DNA of 64,000 nucleotides from Deltaproteobacteria bacterium. Its GTDB lineage: Bacteria > Myxococcota_A > Polyangia > JAAYKL01. Within the stretch, counting starts at the first letter, position 1. Every line of letters begins with the position of its first letter. The notes below the pieces were generated by a model. It worked only from the letters and a program-made list of their open reading frames with translations, was not told the origin of the DNA and did no database searches. Positions 18,456-28,033 of this stretch are shown here, piece by piece. A program made the translations under genes and the position numbers. The DNA lies in contig JAKQNG010000241.1 in assembly GCA_029565915.1 (NCBI GenBank), positions 6,356 through 70,355 of the forward strand, given 5' to 3'.

Positions 18456-20894
18456 TTGCGCAATACGCCTCCCATTGCCGAAATCACTGCTGCCATCGCC
18501 CGCCTGCGGAGTGTCGTCGCCCGTGCCCTCATGGACGGACCGGATCCCGCGGACCTGCCCGATGCCCTGGCGGACACAGCCCTTCTGCGCCAGTGGCCCG
18601 ACTACCCGGATCAGACAAAGCTCGACACCTTTACCCGCACCCTCGACGACCGCCAGTCCCTTCCCGGGATGAACCGGCGGGTCGTTCTGGCCCGGGCTCA
18701 GCGTTACCTGCACGGTTTGTCCATGTGGCTGGAAGACCATGCACCTGCAAAAGCACCTCGCTGCACCAGCAAAGACGAACCCGCGCCCGACCCTGTTCAC
18801 CTGCCCTTTGACGAACGGATGCTGTCCATCCGGGGTGTGGGCCCGAAAACCGCCGCGCGACTGGCCAGCCGCGGCATCGCGACGCCGGTGGATCTGCTGT
18901 TTCTGCTGCCGCGCCGCTACGACGACCGTCGGACCATCACCCCCATTCCGGACCTCCAGCCGGGCATGCGGGCGGTTACCCGCGGCACGGTCGTGCAGGT
19001 GCGAAGTTACGGTCGACCGTGGAAACGGATACTGGAAGTCGTTGTCGATGACGAAGGCCACCGGCTGTCGGCCATGTGGTTTACCAACCGCCGCCCGCGA
19101 ACGGATGCTTTTGAAAAGGGAACACCGCTGATTCTTGCGGGGCTCACCGCGCGTTTCAAGGACCGGCTGCAGATGGCCCATCCAGTGGTGGTAACACAGG
19201 AAGGCAGCGATCGCATCGGCCGCATCGTACCCGTTTACCCGGAAATTGACGGCGTGCCGGGTGCCATTGTGGAAAAGGCGGTCCGCTCCGCCCTCGTCCG
19301 GGTGGGCGATTTTTTGACGGATCCCATGCCCGCGCACCTGATCCGCCGCCATGCGCTGCTTTCCCTTCCCGATGCACTGGAACAGGTCCACTGCCCACCG
19401 GACTCCGCGGACATGGCCGAACTGGATCAATGGATTGACGGTTGCTCGCCGGCCCACCGCCGCCTCATCTTTGACGAATTCTTCTATCTGCAACTGGCCC
19501 TCGCCATACGCCGCAACACAGAGACCCGCCGGCCGGCACCGCCGATCCCTCCGGGTGACGACATCGCAACAACCGTGGGCCGGGCCATGGACTTCTCGCC
19601 CACGGATGCCCAGCGGCGGGCAGTTGACGAAATTCTGGCGGACATGGGCCGATCCACACCCATGCGGCGGCTGCTGCAGGGAGACGTGGGCTCGGGTAAA
19701 ACCATGGTGGCCCTGTGTGCGCTCCTCGCCTGCGCCAGGGCGGGATATCAGGCGGCCCTGATGGCACCCACCGAAATTCTGGCGGAACAGCACATGCGCA
19801 CGCTGGGCCCTCTGCTCGACCGCGCCGGCATCCGCGCCGCCCTGCACATGGGCAGCGCCCGTTCGAGCAACCGCCGGAAATTTGTGAAGGACCTGGAATC
19901 CGGCGTCATCCAGGTGGCCATCGGCACCCACGCCCTGCTGTCGGAATCGGTTCATTTCCACCGACTGGCCCTCGCCGTCGTGGACGAACAGCACCGGTTC
20001 GGCGTGGCCCAGCGGCTGGGTCTGTCGGAGAAGGCCGCGGACGGACGTTCGCCCCACCTGCTCGTCATGACCGCCACGCCCATTCCCCGTTCCCTGGCCC
20101 TGACCATCCACGGCGATCTGGACATGTCCATCCTCGACGAACTGCCCGCCGGCCGCGTTCCCATCGCCACCCGCACCCTGTCATCGGACGAGCGGGAAGT
20201 GGCCCTTGCCACCATCGACAGCGCCATCGAACGCGGCGAGCAGGCCTACGTGGTCTGTCCGATCATTGAGGAGTCGGACGTCCTTGATGTCAGTGACGCC
20301 GAGCAGACGTTTGCCCGCCTGAAGGAGCGCTGGGGCGACCGGGTCGGCCTTCTCCACAGCCGCCTGTCCGAAGATGCGCGCACCGCCGTCATGGATGATT
20401 TCCTCGCCGGCCGCGTGGCGGTCCTCGTGTGCACCACGGTCATCGAAGTGGGCGTGAACGTCCCCACGGCCACGGTCATGCTGATTGAAGGCGCCGAACG
20501 GTTCGGTCTGGCGCAGCTCCATCAGCTCCGGGGACGCATCGGACGCAGTCATCGCCCCTCCATCTGCTTTCTGTGCGGCAATCCGGACAGCGAAGCGGCC
20601 CACGCCCGCCTGCAGACCCTCACGGCTTCCAACGACGGATTCTTCATCGCCCGGCGGGATCTGGAAATCCGGGGTCCCGGAGAGCTGTATGGACGTCGCC
20701 AGGCGGGGCTCCCCGGCTTCGTATTCGGCAACCTGCAGCGGGATGCGGAACTGCTGGAAGCGGCCCGGCAGGATGCACTGGATATCACCGCACATGATCC
20801 AACCCTGTCCCAGCCAGCCATCCACCCATTGAAGGACGAACTGCTGCGGCGCATTCAGGCGGGCGATGGCCCCGTGGGCGAAGAATCCGGCTGA
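18456..20894 (+). CDS. recG: ATP-dependent DNA helicase RecG (with an extended N-terminus)
   Basis: IRGVGPKTAARLASRGI..DLLFLLPRRY, wedge region, Walker A GDVGSGKT, DEQHRFG, MTATPIPR, QLHQLRGRIGR. The start (TTG 18456) is uncertain. Confidence 0.88.
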   Translation: MRNTPPIAEITAAIARLRSVVARALMDGPDPADLPDALADTALLRQWPDYPDQTKLDTFTRTLDDRQSLPGMNRRVVLARAQRYLHGLSMWLEDHAPAKAPRCTSKDEPAPDPVHLPFDERMLSIRGVGPKTAARLASRGIATPVDLLFLLPRRYDDRRTITPIPDLQPGMRAVTRGTVVQVRSYGRPWKRILEVVVDDEGHRLSAMWFTNRRPRTDAFEKGTPLILAGLTARFKDRLQMAHPVVVTQEGSDRIGRIVPVYPEIDGVPGAIVEKAVRSALVRVGDFLTDPMPAHLIRRHALLSLPDALEQVHCPPDSADMAELDQWIDGCSPAHRRLIFDEFFYLQLALAIRRNTETRRPAPPIPPGDDIATTVGRAMDFSPTDAQRRAVDEILADMGRSTPMRRLLQGDVGSGKTMVALCALLACARAGYQAALMAPTEILAEQHMRTLGPLLDRAGIRAALHMGSARSSNRRKFVKDLESGVIQVAIGTHALLSESVHFHRLALAVVDEQHRFGVAQRLGLSEKAADGRSPHLLVMTATPIPRSLALTIHGDLDMSILDELPAGRVPIATRTLSSDEREVALATIDSAIERGEQAYVVCPIIEESDVLDVSDAEQTFARLKERWGDRVGLLHSRLSEDARTAVMDDFLAGRVAVLVCTTVIEVGVNVPTATVMLIEGAERFGLAQLHQLRGRIGRSHRPSICFLCGNPDSEAAHARLQTLTASNDGFFIARRDLEIRGPGELYGRRQAGLPGFVFGNLQRDAELLEAARQDALDITAHDPTLSQPAIHPLKDELLRRIQAGDGPVGEESG

Positions 20895-20901
20895 CGGTGG
20901 T

Positions 20902-22758
20902 TCACTGTGAAAGATGGCGGTTGAGGAGTGCCGCCAGCGCCGGCAGATCGAAAGGTTTTCGCAGGCTGTCGGTGAATCCCGACTTCCCCGGATCGGCCAT
21001 GACCCCGTCCTCCCCGTAACCGCTGACCACAAACATCGGCACGTGGGCATCCGCCGCGCGAATCGCAAGCCCCGCTTCCTTTCCCCCCATTCCTCCCCGC
21101 ACGGTCAAATCCAGAATGACCGCGCAGAACGGCCGTTGTGCCGCCTGCGCCGACAGAAACTGCGCCACCGCATCTTCACCGCGGGATGTCTCCAGCACCT
21201 CATAGCCCATCCCGCCCAGAAACTCGCCAAGCACCTCCCGCAGCACCGGTTCGTCGTCCATGATGAGCACGCGTCCCTGCCCGGCATGATGAATTTCTGT
21301 TTCAACGGGTTGCTTCCAGTCTGCTCCCGGAAACGCGGGCAGCATCACGCAGAACGACGTTCCACCCGGACCCGTGGATGCAACGGAGATGCTGCCTCCG
21401 TGGCGACGGACAATGGAGTGGCTGACTGCAAGTCCAAGGCCGTGCCCTCCCGGACGGTTCGACACAAAGGGATCAAAAATCCGGGACACCAGTTCGGATG
21501 GAATGCCGGTGCCCGAATCCTCGAACAACCATTTCGAATAGGGTCCGGGCGACAGTCCTTCCACCGTGCCCTCCGCCAGCGTGACATTTCCGGCCCTCAC
21601 CCGCAACGCGCCGCCGCCGGCCATAGCCTGTACCGCGTTGATCACCAGGTTGTTGACGACCTGCCCGACCTGATGCTCATCGAACCGGGCATTCCACAAA
21701 TTGCTCTCGAACTCGAACGAGCAGGAAACGTCGGCACCGCTCAGGGCAAATCGCACGTTGCTTTCCAGAAACGGTTGGACCGCCTGCACTTTTCTGACCG
21801 GTTCGCCGCCCTTCGAAAACGTGAGCAGCTGACCGGCCAGGGCCCGGGCCCGCTCCATCACCGACAGCGCCTTCTTCAGGTGGTCGCCGTCGCAGCGCCC
21901 TTCTTCCTGTGCGTTCAGCGCCAGATTCACATACCCGAATAACCCGCCCAGCAGGTTATTGAAGTCGTGCGCGATGCCGCCGGCCATGACGCCCAGGGCC
22001 TCCATCTTCTGATTCATCTGGGCAATTTCCAGAAACTGCTTCTGCTCGGTCACATCCGAATGGATGCCCACCAGCGCTCGAATCTGCCCGTCTTCGTCAA
22101 AACTCGGATAGGCCCGCAGAAAAATGTCCCGCACCCGCCCGCGGCAGTGCATCTTCAATTCCCCTTCAAACGAGCGACCGCTCATGAGGCGGCCGAACAC
22201 CTCCTCTGCCACTGTCCGAACCACATATACGGATGACGGATCGGGCCCCACCTCGCCGAACAACTCGTCAAAGGCCCGATTCTGATAAAAATGGCGACCT
22301 TCCGGCGTGGACATGCCGATGGCGATGGTGCTGCTCCCGACGGCCTCTTCAAAGAGCTTCAGCCGGGATTCTGTTTTTTTCTGATCGGTAATGTCCAGAA
22401 ACTGGGCGGCCATCCGGCCTGGACCGATCTGGAAAGCCACCACACGGAACGCGCCCGAAATCTCTCCGTCCCGATAAGTAATCTGGTCGGTGCTCCACGG
22501 AATGCCGTCCTTCGCCGCCGCGCGATATCGCCAGGGGATCTCTGTCTGCGCCAGGGGTGGAAAGGCCTCTTCGATGGTCATGCCGATAAACTGCTGATTG
22601 TCGACGCCGAGAATCCGGTCCGCCGCGGGATTGGCGCCCGTGAACACCAGTCGGTTGTCCGCCGTGAGCTGGTAGAGGTGCACCCCCATCGGCGAGGCTT
22701 CCAGGCTGCGGCGGAAGGCCTGTTCGTCGGAAATGGCGGCAGTGGTGATTTCGTCCAT
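20902..22758 (-). CDS. PAS-domain hybrid sensor histidine kinase with C-terminal receiver
   Basis: PAS-like repeats; H-box GGIAHDFNNLL; NLVINAVQAM; DSGTGI; GHGLGL; receiver VLIMDDEPVLREVL..ILDLTVRGGMGG. Start set at MDEITTAAI (22758). Confidence 0.85.
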   Translation of the reverse strand: MDEITTAAISDEQAFRRSLEASPMGVHLYQLTADNRLVFTGANPAADRILGVDNQQFIGMTIEEAFPPLAQTEIPWRYRAAAKDGIPWSTDQITYRDGEISGAFRVVAFQIGPGRMAAQFLDITDQKKTESRLKLFEEAVGSSTIAIGMSTPEGRHFYQNRAFDELFGEVGPDPSSVYVVRTVAEEVFGRLMSGRSFEGELKMHCRGRVRDIFLRAYPSFDEDGQIRALVGIHSDVTEQKQFLEIAQMNQKMEALGVMAGGIAHDFNNLLGGLFGYVNLALNAQEEGRCDGDHLKKALSVMERARALAGQLLTFSKGGEPVRKVQAVQPFLESNVRFALSGADVSCSFEFESNLWNARFDEHQVGQVVNNLVINAVQAMAGGGALRVRAGNVTLAEGTVEGLSPGPYSKWLFEDSGTGIPSELVSRIFDPFVSNRPGGHGLGLAVSHSIVRRHGGSISVASTGPGGTSFCVMLPAFPGADWKQPVETEIHHAGQGRVLIMDDEPVLREVLGEFLGGMGYEVLETSRGEDAVAQFLSAQAAQRPFCAVILDLTVRGGMGGKEAGLAIRAADAHVPMFVVSGYGEDGVMADPGKSGFTDSLRKPFDLPALAALLNRHLSQ

Positions 22759-22875
22759 AAAAATTTCACTCCCGAAAGACGTATGGCAAATGTACCACTG
22801 AACGCCGTTGTGCCAAGAAAGGAACCCGTGTACAGTCAAAACGGAATCAACGATTCCTCATTACGGGAGCAGCAA

Positions 22876-23709
22876 ATGAGCTTGAACAATACGCATCAAG
22901 GAAGAGTGGAACCTTCTGCAGACGACTGCAATCGCGCGGTTGAACTGGTGAAGTACGCCGAACACAACGGGGAATTCTCGTCGGATCCGCTGGTCAGGGC
23001 GGCCCGGGAAAGGGAAGCCGGGCAGCGATCGGCCATGGACTACCTGCTGCTGTCCACCGAGGAATGGAAGGACGGCAATTACGAAAAGTCCCTGCGCAAC
23101 GCCTACACGGGCATCGCTGTCGGCACCGCGAACAAACGCATCATGGCGTGCCTCGAACTGCGCATCGGCACCGTCTTTCAGGATCTGGGCAGCGAGGATC
23201 GCAGCTGGGAGCTGGCCGGGGAGTGCTTTGACACCGCCATGGAGATGGATCCGAAATTCCCCCTGCCCTATGTATTCGCCGGCGACCTGCAGTTCGATCA
23301 GGATGAATTTGACGAGGCGGAGGCCCTGTACAAGAAGGCCAAGCAGCTCGATAAGAAGGACCCGTCGTCCTACAACAGCCTCGGATATCTGTACCTCGAG
23401 CAGGAGCGCATGGAAGAAGCCGAAGAAGAATTTAAAAAAGCCGAAAAGCTGGAACCCGAGTTACCCATCGTGCACCTGCACCTGGCCCAGGTGTTTCAGG
23501 ATCAGGGGCGTCCCGACGAAGCGGCACAGCAGTTCCGCAAGGCCATCGCCCGCTATCCGGAAAATCCCATGTACTACAACTATCTGGCCCAGCTCCTGAT
23601 GGAGCTCGAGCAGCCGGACGAAGCCCGGAAAGTGGTTGAAAAGGCACTGACGTTCGCCCCCGAAAACGAAGCCCTCCTCGACACCCAGCGCATCCTTCAG
23701 AAGAAGTAG
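22876..23709 (+). CDS. TPR-repeat protein
   Basis: This is the real part of track ORF 22291..23709. ATG 22876 follows GGGAG. TPR units (AEALYKKAKQLDKKDPSSYNSLGYLY, AEEEFKKAEKLEPELPIVHLHLAQVF, AAQQFRKAIARYPENPMYYNYLAQLL). Confidence 0.7.
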   Translation: MSLNNTHQGRVEPSADDCNRAVELVKYAEHNGEFSSDPLVRAAREREAGQRSAMDYLLLSTEEWKDGNYEKSLRNAYTGIAVGTANKRIMACLELRIGTVFQDLGSEDRSWELAGECFDTAMEMDPKFPLPYVFAGDLQFDQDEFDEAEALYKKAKQLDKKDPSSYNSLGYLYLEQERMEEAEEEFKKAEKLEPELPIVHLHLAQVFQDQGRPDEAAQQFRKAIARYPENPMYYNYLAQLLMELEQPDEARKVVEKALTFAPENEALLDTQRILQKK

Positions 23710-23763
23710 GATTCCCCTCACGGACGACGCGCACCCCGGCCTGCCGACCGGCCCATCGGCTGC

Positions 23764-25212
23764 TCAGATGCACACGCCTCCGCTGCAGACACCGCTGATG
23801 CAGTCGTTGCCCGTCAGGCAGGATGCCTCGGCGGCGCACCGGCGGCACAGTCCGCCGCAGTCCACATCGGTTTCTTCGCCATCAGCGGCGCCGCTGTCGC
23901 ACGTGTCGGGCAGGTGGGCAGCGATCGTGCTGACCAGGAAGCCTTCTCCACCCTCGTTGTCCAGAACATCCCAGTCGCCCCGGGCATTCACTGCCCAGGC
24001 GGCCCAGCCGATCCAGATACCATCCGGAGTGCCCAGGCGGTTCTCGTGCAGATGTGAGATGAGATTGCTGATCGCCGTTCGACACGCGGCAGTATCCTCG
24101 GTATTGGTCTCCCCCAGAAATACACGCTTGCCGTTGTCACGCGCCCATTCCTCGAATGGTGCAATGAGTTCGAGGAAGATATTCTGGTTGGAATTGCAGG
24201 CCGGAGCCTGATCATACTGATGCGCCTGAAACACCAGGTTGTCGATGGGATCGGTTACCGACTGCAGCAATTCGGCGTTGTCCGACCAGGCGAAGTCGCT
24301 GGCCGTGTCCCAATCCGCACCCGGAACCAGAATGACATTCTTCGCGCCCGCTGTCCGGATGGCATTCACGGTCGCCTGCGCGGCATCCACCCACACCGCC
24401 ACATCAATGCCCACCGGCTCGTTCATCAGGTCGAACCAGACGGGACTCGTCCTGTTTGCCTCCCCGAATTCACCGGCGAGCTTCGTCCACAGATCCACCA
24501 GATCGGCCTGGCTCGCGCCACCCGGATCGCCGATGACCGATGCGGTGGCGTCGTCCGGATCGCTCGACTTTTTGTAGCGCGCGTAATTATGAATATCGAT
24601 AAGGATTGTGGCACCGCGCATCCGCAACACATCGACGGTGTCGCGGAGCTTCGAAAGATAATCGGTGTCGAGCGGACCGCTCAGTGTGTGCTGAATGCGC
24701 TCCCATCGGACAGGTACGCGAAAAAGATTCATACCCAGACCGAGAAAATCGTCCACCTCATCCATGGAATCATTGGTATCGGGATTGGGCCAGTCGTACT
24801 GGGAACCTTCAATACCCGGAGTCGCTTCGCCCCAGTCCTCCGAACCGTCGTAATCGATACCGTGTTCGGCGCCTGAGAGATTGACGCCCTGATAAAAAAT
24901 GACGAACGGATCGTCATCCCCGTCTGTGTCGGCATCGCTGTCTGTGTCGGTATCGCTGTCTGTGTCGGTATCGCTGTCCGTGTCGCTGTCGCTGTCCGAA
25001 TCGGTGTCACTGTCCGAATCGACGTCACTGTCCGAATCGACGTCACTGTCCGAATCGGTGTCGCTGTCCGAATCGCTGTCGCTGTCCGAATCGCTGTCGC
25101 TGTCCGAATCGCTGTCGCTGTCCGAATCGGCGTCGCTGCCGTCGTCGTTGCCGCAGGCGGGCAGCACAACGAAAACCAGCATCAGGGCCAGGGTCATGAT
25201 TGTCAGTTTCAT
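23764..25212 (-). CDS. Lipoprotein glycoside hydrolase family 5 (cellulase-like) with poly-Asp-Ser/Thr linker and C-terminal 8-Cys module
   Basis: ATG 25212 after GGAGG; lipobox LPAC; ~75 aa of D-S/T repeats. GH5-like blocks [49 protein letters not shown]-terminus [35 protein letters not shown]. Confidence 0.8.
   Translation of the reverse strand: MKLTIMTLALMLVFVVLPACGNDDGSDADSDSDSDSDSDSDSDSDSDSDSDTDSDSDVDSDSDVDSDSDTDSDSDSDTDSDTDTDSDTDTDSDADTDGDDDPFVIFYQGVNLSGAEHGIDYDGSEDWGEATPGIEGSQYDWPNPDTNDSMDEVDDFLGLGMNLFRVPVRWERIQHTLSGPLDTDYLSKLRDTVDVLRMRGATILIDIHNYARYKKSSDPDDATASVIGDPGGASQADLVDLWTKLAGEFGEANRTSPVWFDLMNEPVGIDVAVWVDAAQATVNAIRTAGAKNVILVPGADWDTASDFAWSDNAELLQSVTDPIDNLVFQAHQYDQAPACNSNQNIFLELIAPFEEWARDNGKRVFLGETNTEDTAACRTAISNLISHLHENRLGTPDGIWIGWAAWAVNARGDWDVLDNEGGEGFLVSTIAAHLPDTCDSGAADGEETDVDCGGLCRRCAAEASCLTGNDCISGVCSGGVCI
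24912..25146 (-). repeat. In-frame tandem 6/12/18-nt GAC/AGC-type repeats encoding the D-S/T linker of the GH5 lipoprotein
   Basis: Visible runs of gtcgctgtccgaatc and ctgtctgtgtcggtatcg units. Confidence 0.9.
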
Positions 25213-25326
25213 CTCATTTTCCTCCATATGTTGATTGATATAAACCGTTTGCTGCAACCGAAGTACCCCGGCATCGAAAAAAAGCTCAACAAGGGCAGAA
25301 ACGGCCACCCGGCCATCGCCGCGGAT

Positions 25327-26046
25327 TCAATCATCCGTCAACAGCAGGCGCATGTCCTCGATGCAGAACATCAGCTCCGGCGGAGGATCCGCCTCGCTGT
25401 TCAGGATCACCTGGATGCGCAGCAGCCGATCCATCACGAGTTCATCCTCTTCCATCTGGAAGGAAATATCCGTGAACAGATACTCCCCGCTCCCCGCGTC
25501 ACCGGGAAGAAAGTAGGCGGGATTATTGTCATCCACCTCCATTGCCTCCAGGCGCAGGCCTTCCTGTACGGATCCCGTCAGTGTGAACGAAACGCCCACC
25601 AGCCGCCGGGCCAGCTCCGACACAAACGGGCAGTCGCCCAGGGCAAACTCCGTATAAGCCGGGTCAAAGTCCCCGTCCGAATAGCACGGGGCGAATCCCA
25701 GGCCGCCGAAGGCCCAGCCGTCGCCCGCGAGGGCCAGTTGCCCCAGAACGCAGATCCGGTCCGCCCCCGCCTCGATCACCACGACGTCCGACTCGGCGTT
25801 GGAAAACGGATACCAGTGCCCCTGGATGCCTTCCGGGTTGGACGAAGCGGGCACCAGGATATCTTCAGTGCCGGCGCCGCCGTCAGGCATCACGTTGACC
25901 CGCACCAGCCCTCCGGCGCTGTCCGGGTCCTCCGCCCCGGCATCAGTGCCGGTGTCCATCCCGCCCACCGGAGAAAGCACCTTTTCGCCGCAGGCGGCGC
26001 AGCAAACAGGTACCAGAACAGCCATCCACAGAATGCGCATCCGCAT
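25327..26046 (-). CDS. Hypothetical lipoprotein, acidic, directly upstream of the GH5 gene
   Basis: Start MRMRILWMAVLVPVCCAACGEK (26046), then an acidic G/D/T stretch. No recognisable catalytic motif. Confidence 0.5.
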   Translation of the reverse strand: MRMRILWMAVLVPVCCAACGEKVLSPVGGMDTGTDAGAEDPDSAGGLVRVNVMPDGGAGTEDILVPASSNPEGIQGHWYPFSNAESDVVVIEAGADRICVLGQLALAGDGWAFGGLGFAPCYSDGDFDPAYTEFALGDCPFVSELARRLVGVSFTLTGSVQEGLRLEAMEVDDNNPAYFLPGDAGSGEYLFTDISFQMEEDELVMDRLLRIQVILNSEADPPPELMFCIEDMRLLLTDD

Positions 26047-26201
26047 CCATCCGTTGTACTGCGAATTCCTGTCCGTCGACAACCCGCCAACGGAACCATT
26101 CCAGTGCCATCAGACTTTCCACAGCCCCTTCAGATTTTTTTTGCCCCCGTGAGCCGATTTACGACAATGAGGTACTGACCAGGGGAGCCGGGGAACAAGT
26201 G

Positions 26202-26792
26202 ATGGATATCTTCGAAAAAACGCGCAGCCGGTCTGAACTCATCAAGGGCGTACTCGCCGGTGACCCGGACTGCGCTGCCGCATTTCACCGGCAATACGGA
26301 CAGCGCATCAGCCATCTGGTGTGGAGTCTCCTCGGTGCAGACCGGGACCACGACGACCTGGTGCAGATGGTGTTCGTCAACCTCCTCCGTGCCCTGTCGT
26401 CGCTGCGGGACCCGGACAAGCTCGACTTCTTCGTCGACAGCGTGATCTTCCGCACGGTCCGGAAGGAACTCCGCAGCCGTCGATATCGCCGGCAGGTAGT
26501 GGCCGCATCGGATACCCTGCCCGAGGTGATTGACCTGAGGAATCCCGCGGACAGCCTGGTGGCGCGCCGGTTCTACCTCGCCATGGACCAGATGGGTGCC
26601 GAGGACCGGATGATATTCATCCTCCGGCATTTCGAACACCACTCCCTTGTGGAAATGGCCCGGATCAGCGGTTGGTCCGTGGCCACCGTGAAACGCCGCG
26701 TCCGGCGGGCCACAGAATCATTCAAGGACATCGCGAGGAGGGACGCCATCCTCTGCGGATGTCTGGGAGAAAACGCCCATGTCGGCTCATGA
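26202..26792 (+). CDS. ECF (sigma-70 family group IV) RNA polymerase sigma factor
   Basis: Region 2 (DHDDLVQMVFVNLLRAL) and region 4 HTH (SLVEMARISGWSVATVKRRVRRA). Confidence 0.85.
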   Translation: MDIFEKTRSRSELIKGVLAGDPDCAAAFHRQYGQRISHLVWSLLGADRDHDDLVQMVFVNLLRALSSLRDPDKLDFFVDSVIFRTVRKELRSRRYRRQVVAASDTLPEVIDLRNPADSLVARRFYLAMDQMGAEDRMIFILRHFEHHSLVEMARISGWSVATVKRRVRRATESFKDIARRDAILCGCLGENAHVGS

Positions 26793-28029
26793 AAACGAAT
26801 TTGCGGACATCGCGCAGAAGGTGAAGAACGCCATCGGAGACGGCGCAGAACCGGCCATGCTGGCACGACACGAGGACATCTTCGTGTCCCTCGCGGAACG
26901 ACAAATCGGCCGCAACCGGAGCCGGATTCCGCTGTACGTGGCTGCCGCCTTTGCCGCGGCCTTCCTTGCCGGCATGCTCCTGGTTCCCCGCGCGCCGGCA
27001 CCCCTCCGGTTCACCATCGGCCCCGACGCCGCACCGGGCAGGGCGGGTACGTGGGTCGCCACCACCGACGGCGGACAGACGGACATCCGTTTTGCCCAGG
27101 GCAGCCGATTCCGCGTATTCCCGCAGAGCGCTGCCCGGGTGACCCGGGCCGACGACAGCGAAGTCGCCATCGAACTCCACGCCGGCAGCGTGAAAGCGTC
27201 CGTGAACGGCAATGGCAGAACCCGCTGGCGGATTCACGCGGGCCCTTACAAGGTGACCGTGCTGGGCACGCGATTCGAGGTACAGTGGGAGACCCGCAGC
27301 GGCGAACTCCGTGTGGACGTTTCAAAGGGCGTGGTGCTGGTGCAGGGACAGGGACTGGAACACCACGGCATCAGACTCACCGCCGGGCGTACCCTGCTGG
27401 CAAACGCCCTGCAGGACACCTTCCGTCTGGAGGCCACGGCCGCCATCGACAATCGCCCGGCGCCGGAATCTGCCCGAAGCGGTGTGAACCGTCCGGGTCC
27501 GGAACCGGCACTTTCCGAAAAAGCAACCCCGAAGGAAACTGCAACCACTGAACCCGCCGCGTCTGCCATCGAACAACCCTTCGCCTGCAACCCGGACGAC
27601 GCCGGGGCCTGCCTGTCCTCCGCCCGCCGGAAAGGCCTCCCGCAGATCTTCCAGCAGGGAACCCTCGCGGACCTGTGGGCGCTCCAGGAGGCGGCACGCA
27701 CCACCGGCGACATGGACGTTTTCAACGGCGCGCTGATTGCCCTGCGCGGAAGATTTCCGGACTCGGGAAAGGCGCGACTGGCTGCGTTCCTCCTGGGGCG
27801 TTCGGCCATGGACATTGCATTAAACCACTCCCAAGCAGCCCAGTGGTTCAGCACCTACCTCAAGGAAGCGCCACGGGGACCCATGGCCGAGGAAGCCTAT
27901 GGACGTCTCATGACTTCCTACGACGGAATCGGACGCCGGGACCTGTCCATCCGCGTGGCGCAGTCCTACCTGACCCTCTATCCCGGCGGCCTCTACGAAA
28001 ACAAAGCCAGGATGGTCCTGCACCCCTGA
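26779..28029 (+). CDS. FecR-domain anti-sigma factor (single TM, C-terminal helical region)
   Basis: Overlaps the sigma gene by 14 nt. TM IPLYVAAAFAAAFLAGMLLV. FecR-like beta region (IRFAQGSRFRVFPQSAARV..IELHAGSVKASV..YKVTVLGTRFEVQW). Confidence 0.75.
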   Translation: MSAHENEFADIAQKVKNAIGDGAEPAMLARHEDIFVSLAERQIGRNRSRIPLYVAAAFAAAFLAGMLLVPRAPAPLRFTIGPDAAPGRAGTWVATTDGGQTDIRFAQGSRFRVFPQSAARVTRADDSEVAIELHAGSVKASVNGNGRTRWRIHAGPYKVTVLGTRFEVQWETRSGELRVDVSKGVVLVQGQGLEHHGIRLTAGRTLLANALQDTFRLEATAAIDNRPAPESARSGVNRPGPEPALSEKATPKETATTEPAASAIEQPFACNPDDAGACLSSARRKGLPQIFQQGTLADLWALQEAARTTGDMDVFNGALIALRGRFPDSGKARLAAFLLGRSAMDIALNHSQAAQWFSTYLKEAPRGPMAEEAYGRLMTSYDGIGRRDLSIRVAQSYLTLYPGGLYENKARMVLHP

Positions 28030-28033
28030 GTCG

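Noticed and set aside
22291-22875. N-terminal 195 codons of ORF 22291..23709
   Set aside because: They overlap the 5' part of the hybrid kinase gene on the opposite strand. The TPR protein has its own ATG at 22876 with a GGGAG SD.
24912-25146. Periodic short repeats that could be mistaken for a CRISPR-like or non-coding satellite array (also at 45118, 53404 and 58436)
   Set aside because: The units are 6-18 nt, contiguous with no spacers, and in frame inside ORFs with signal peptides and folded domains. They encode Asp-Ser/Thr linkers.
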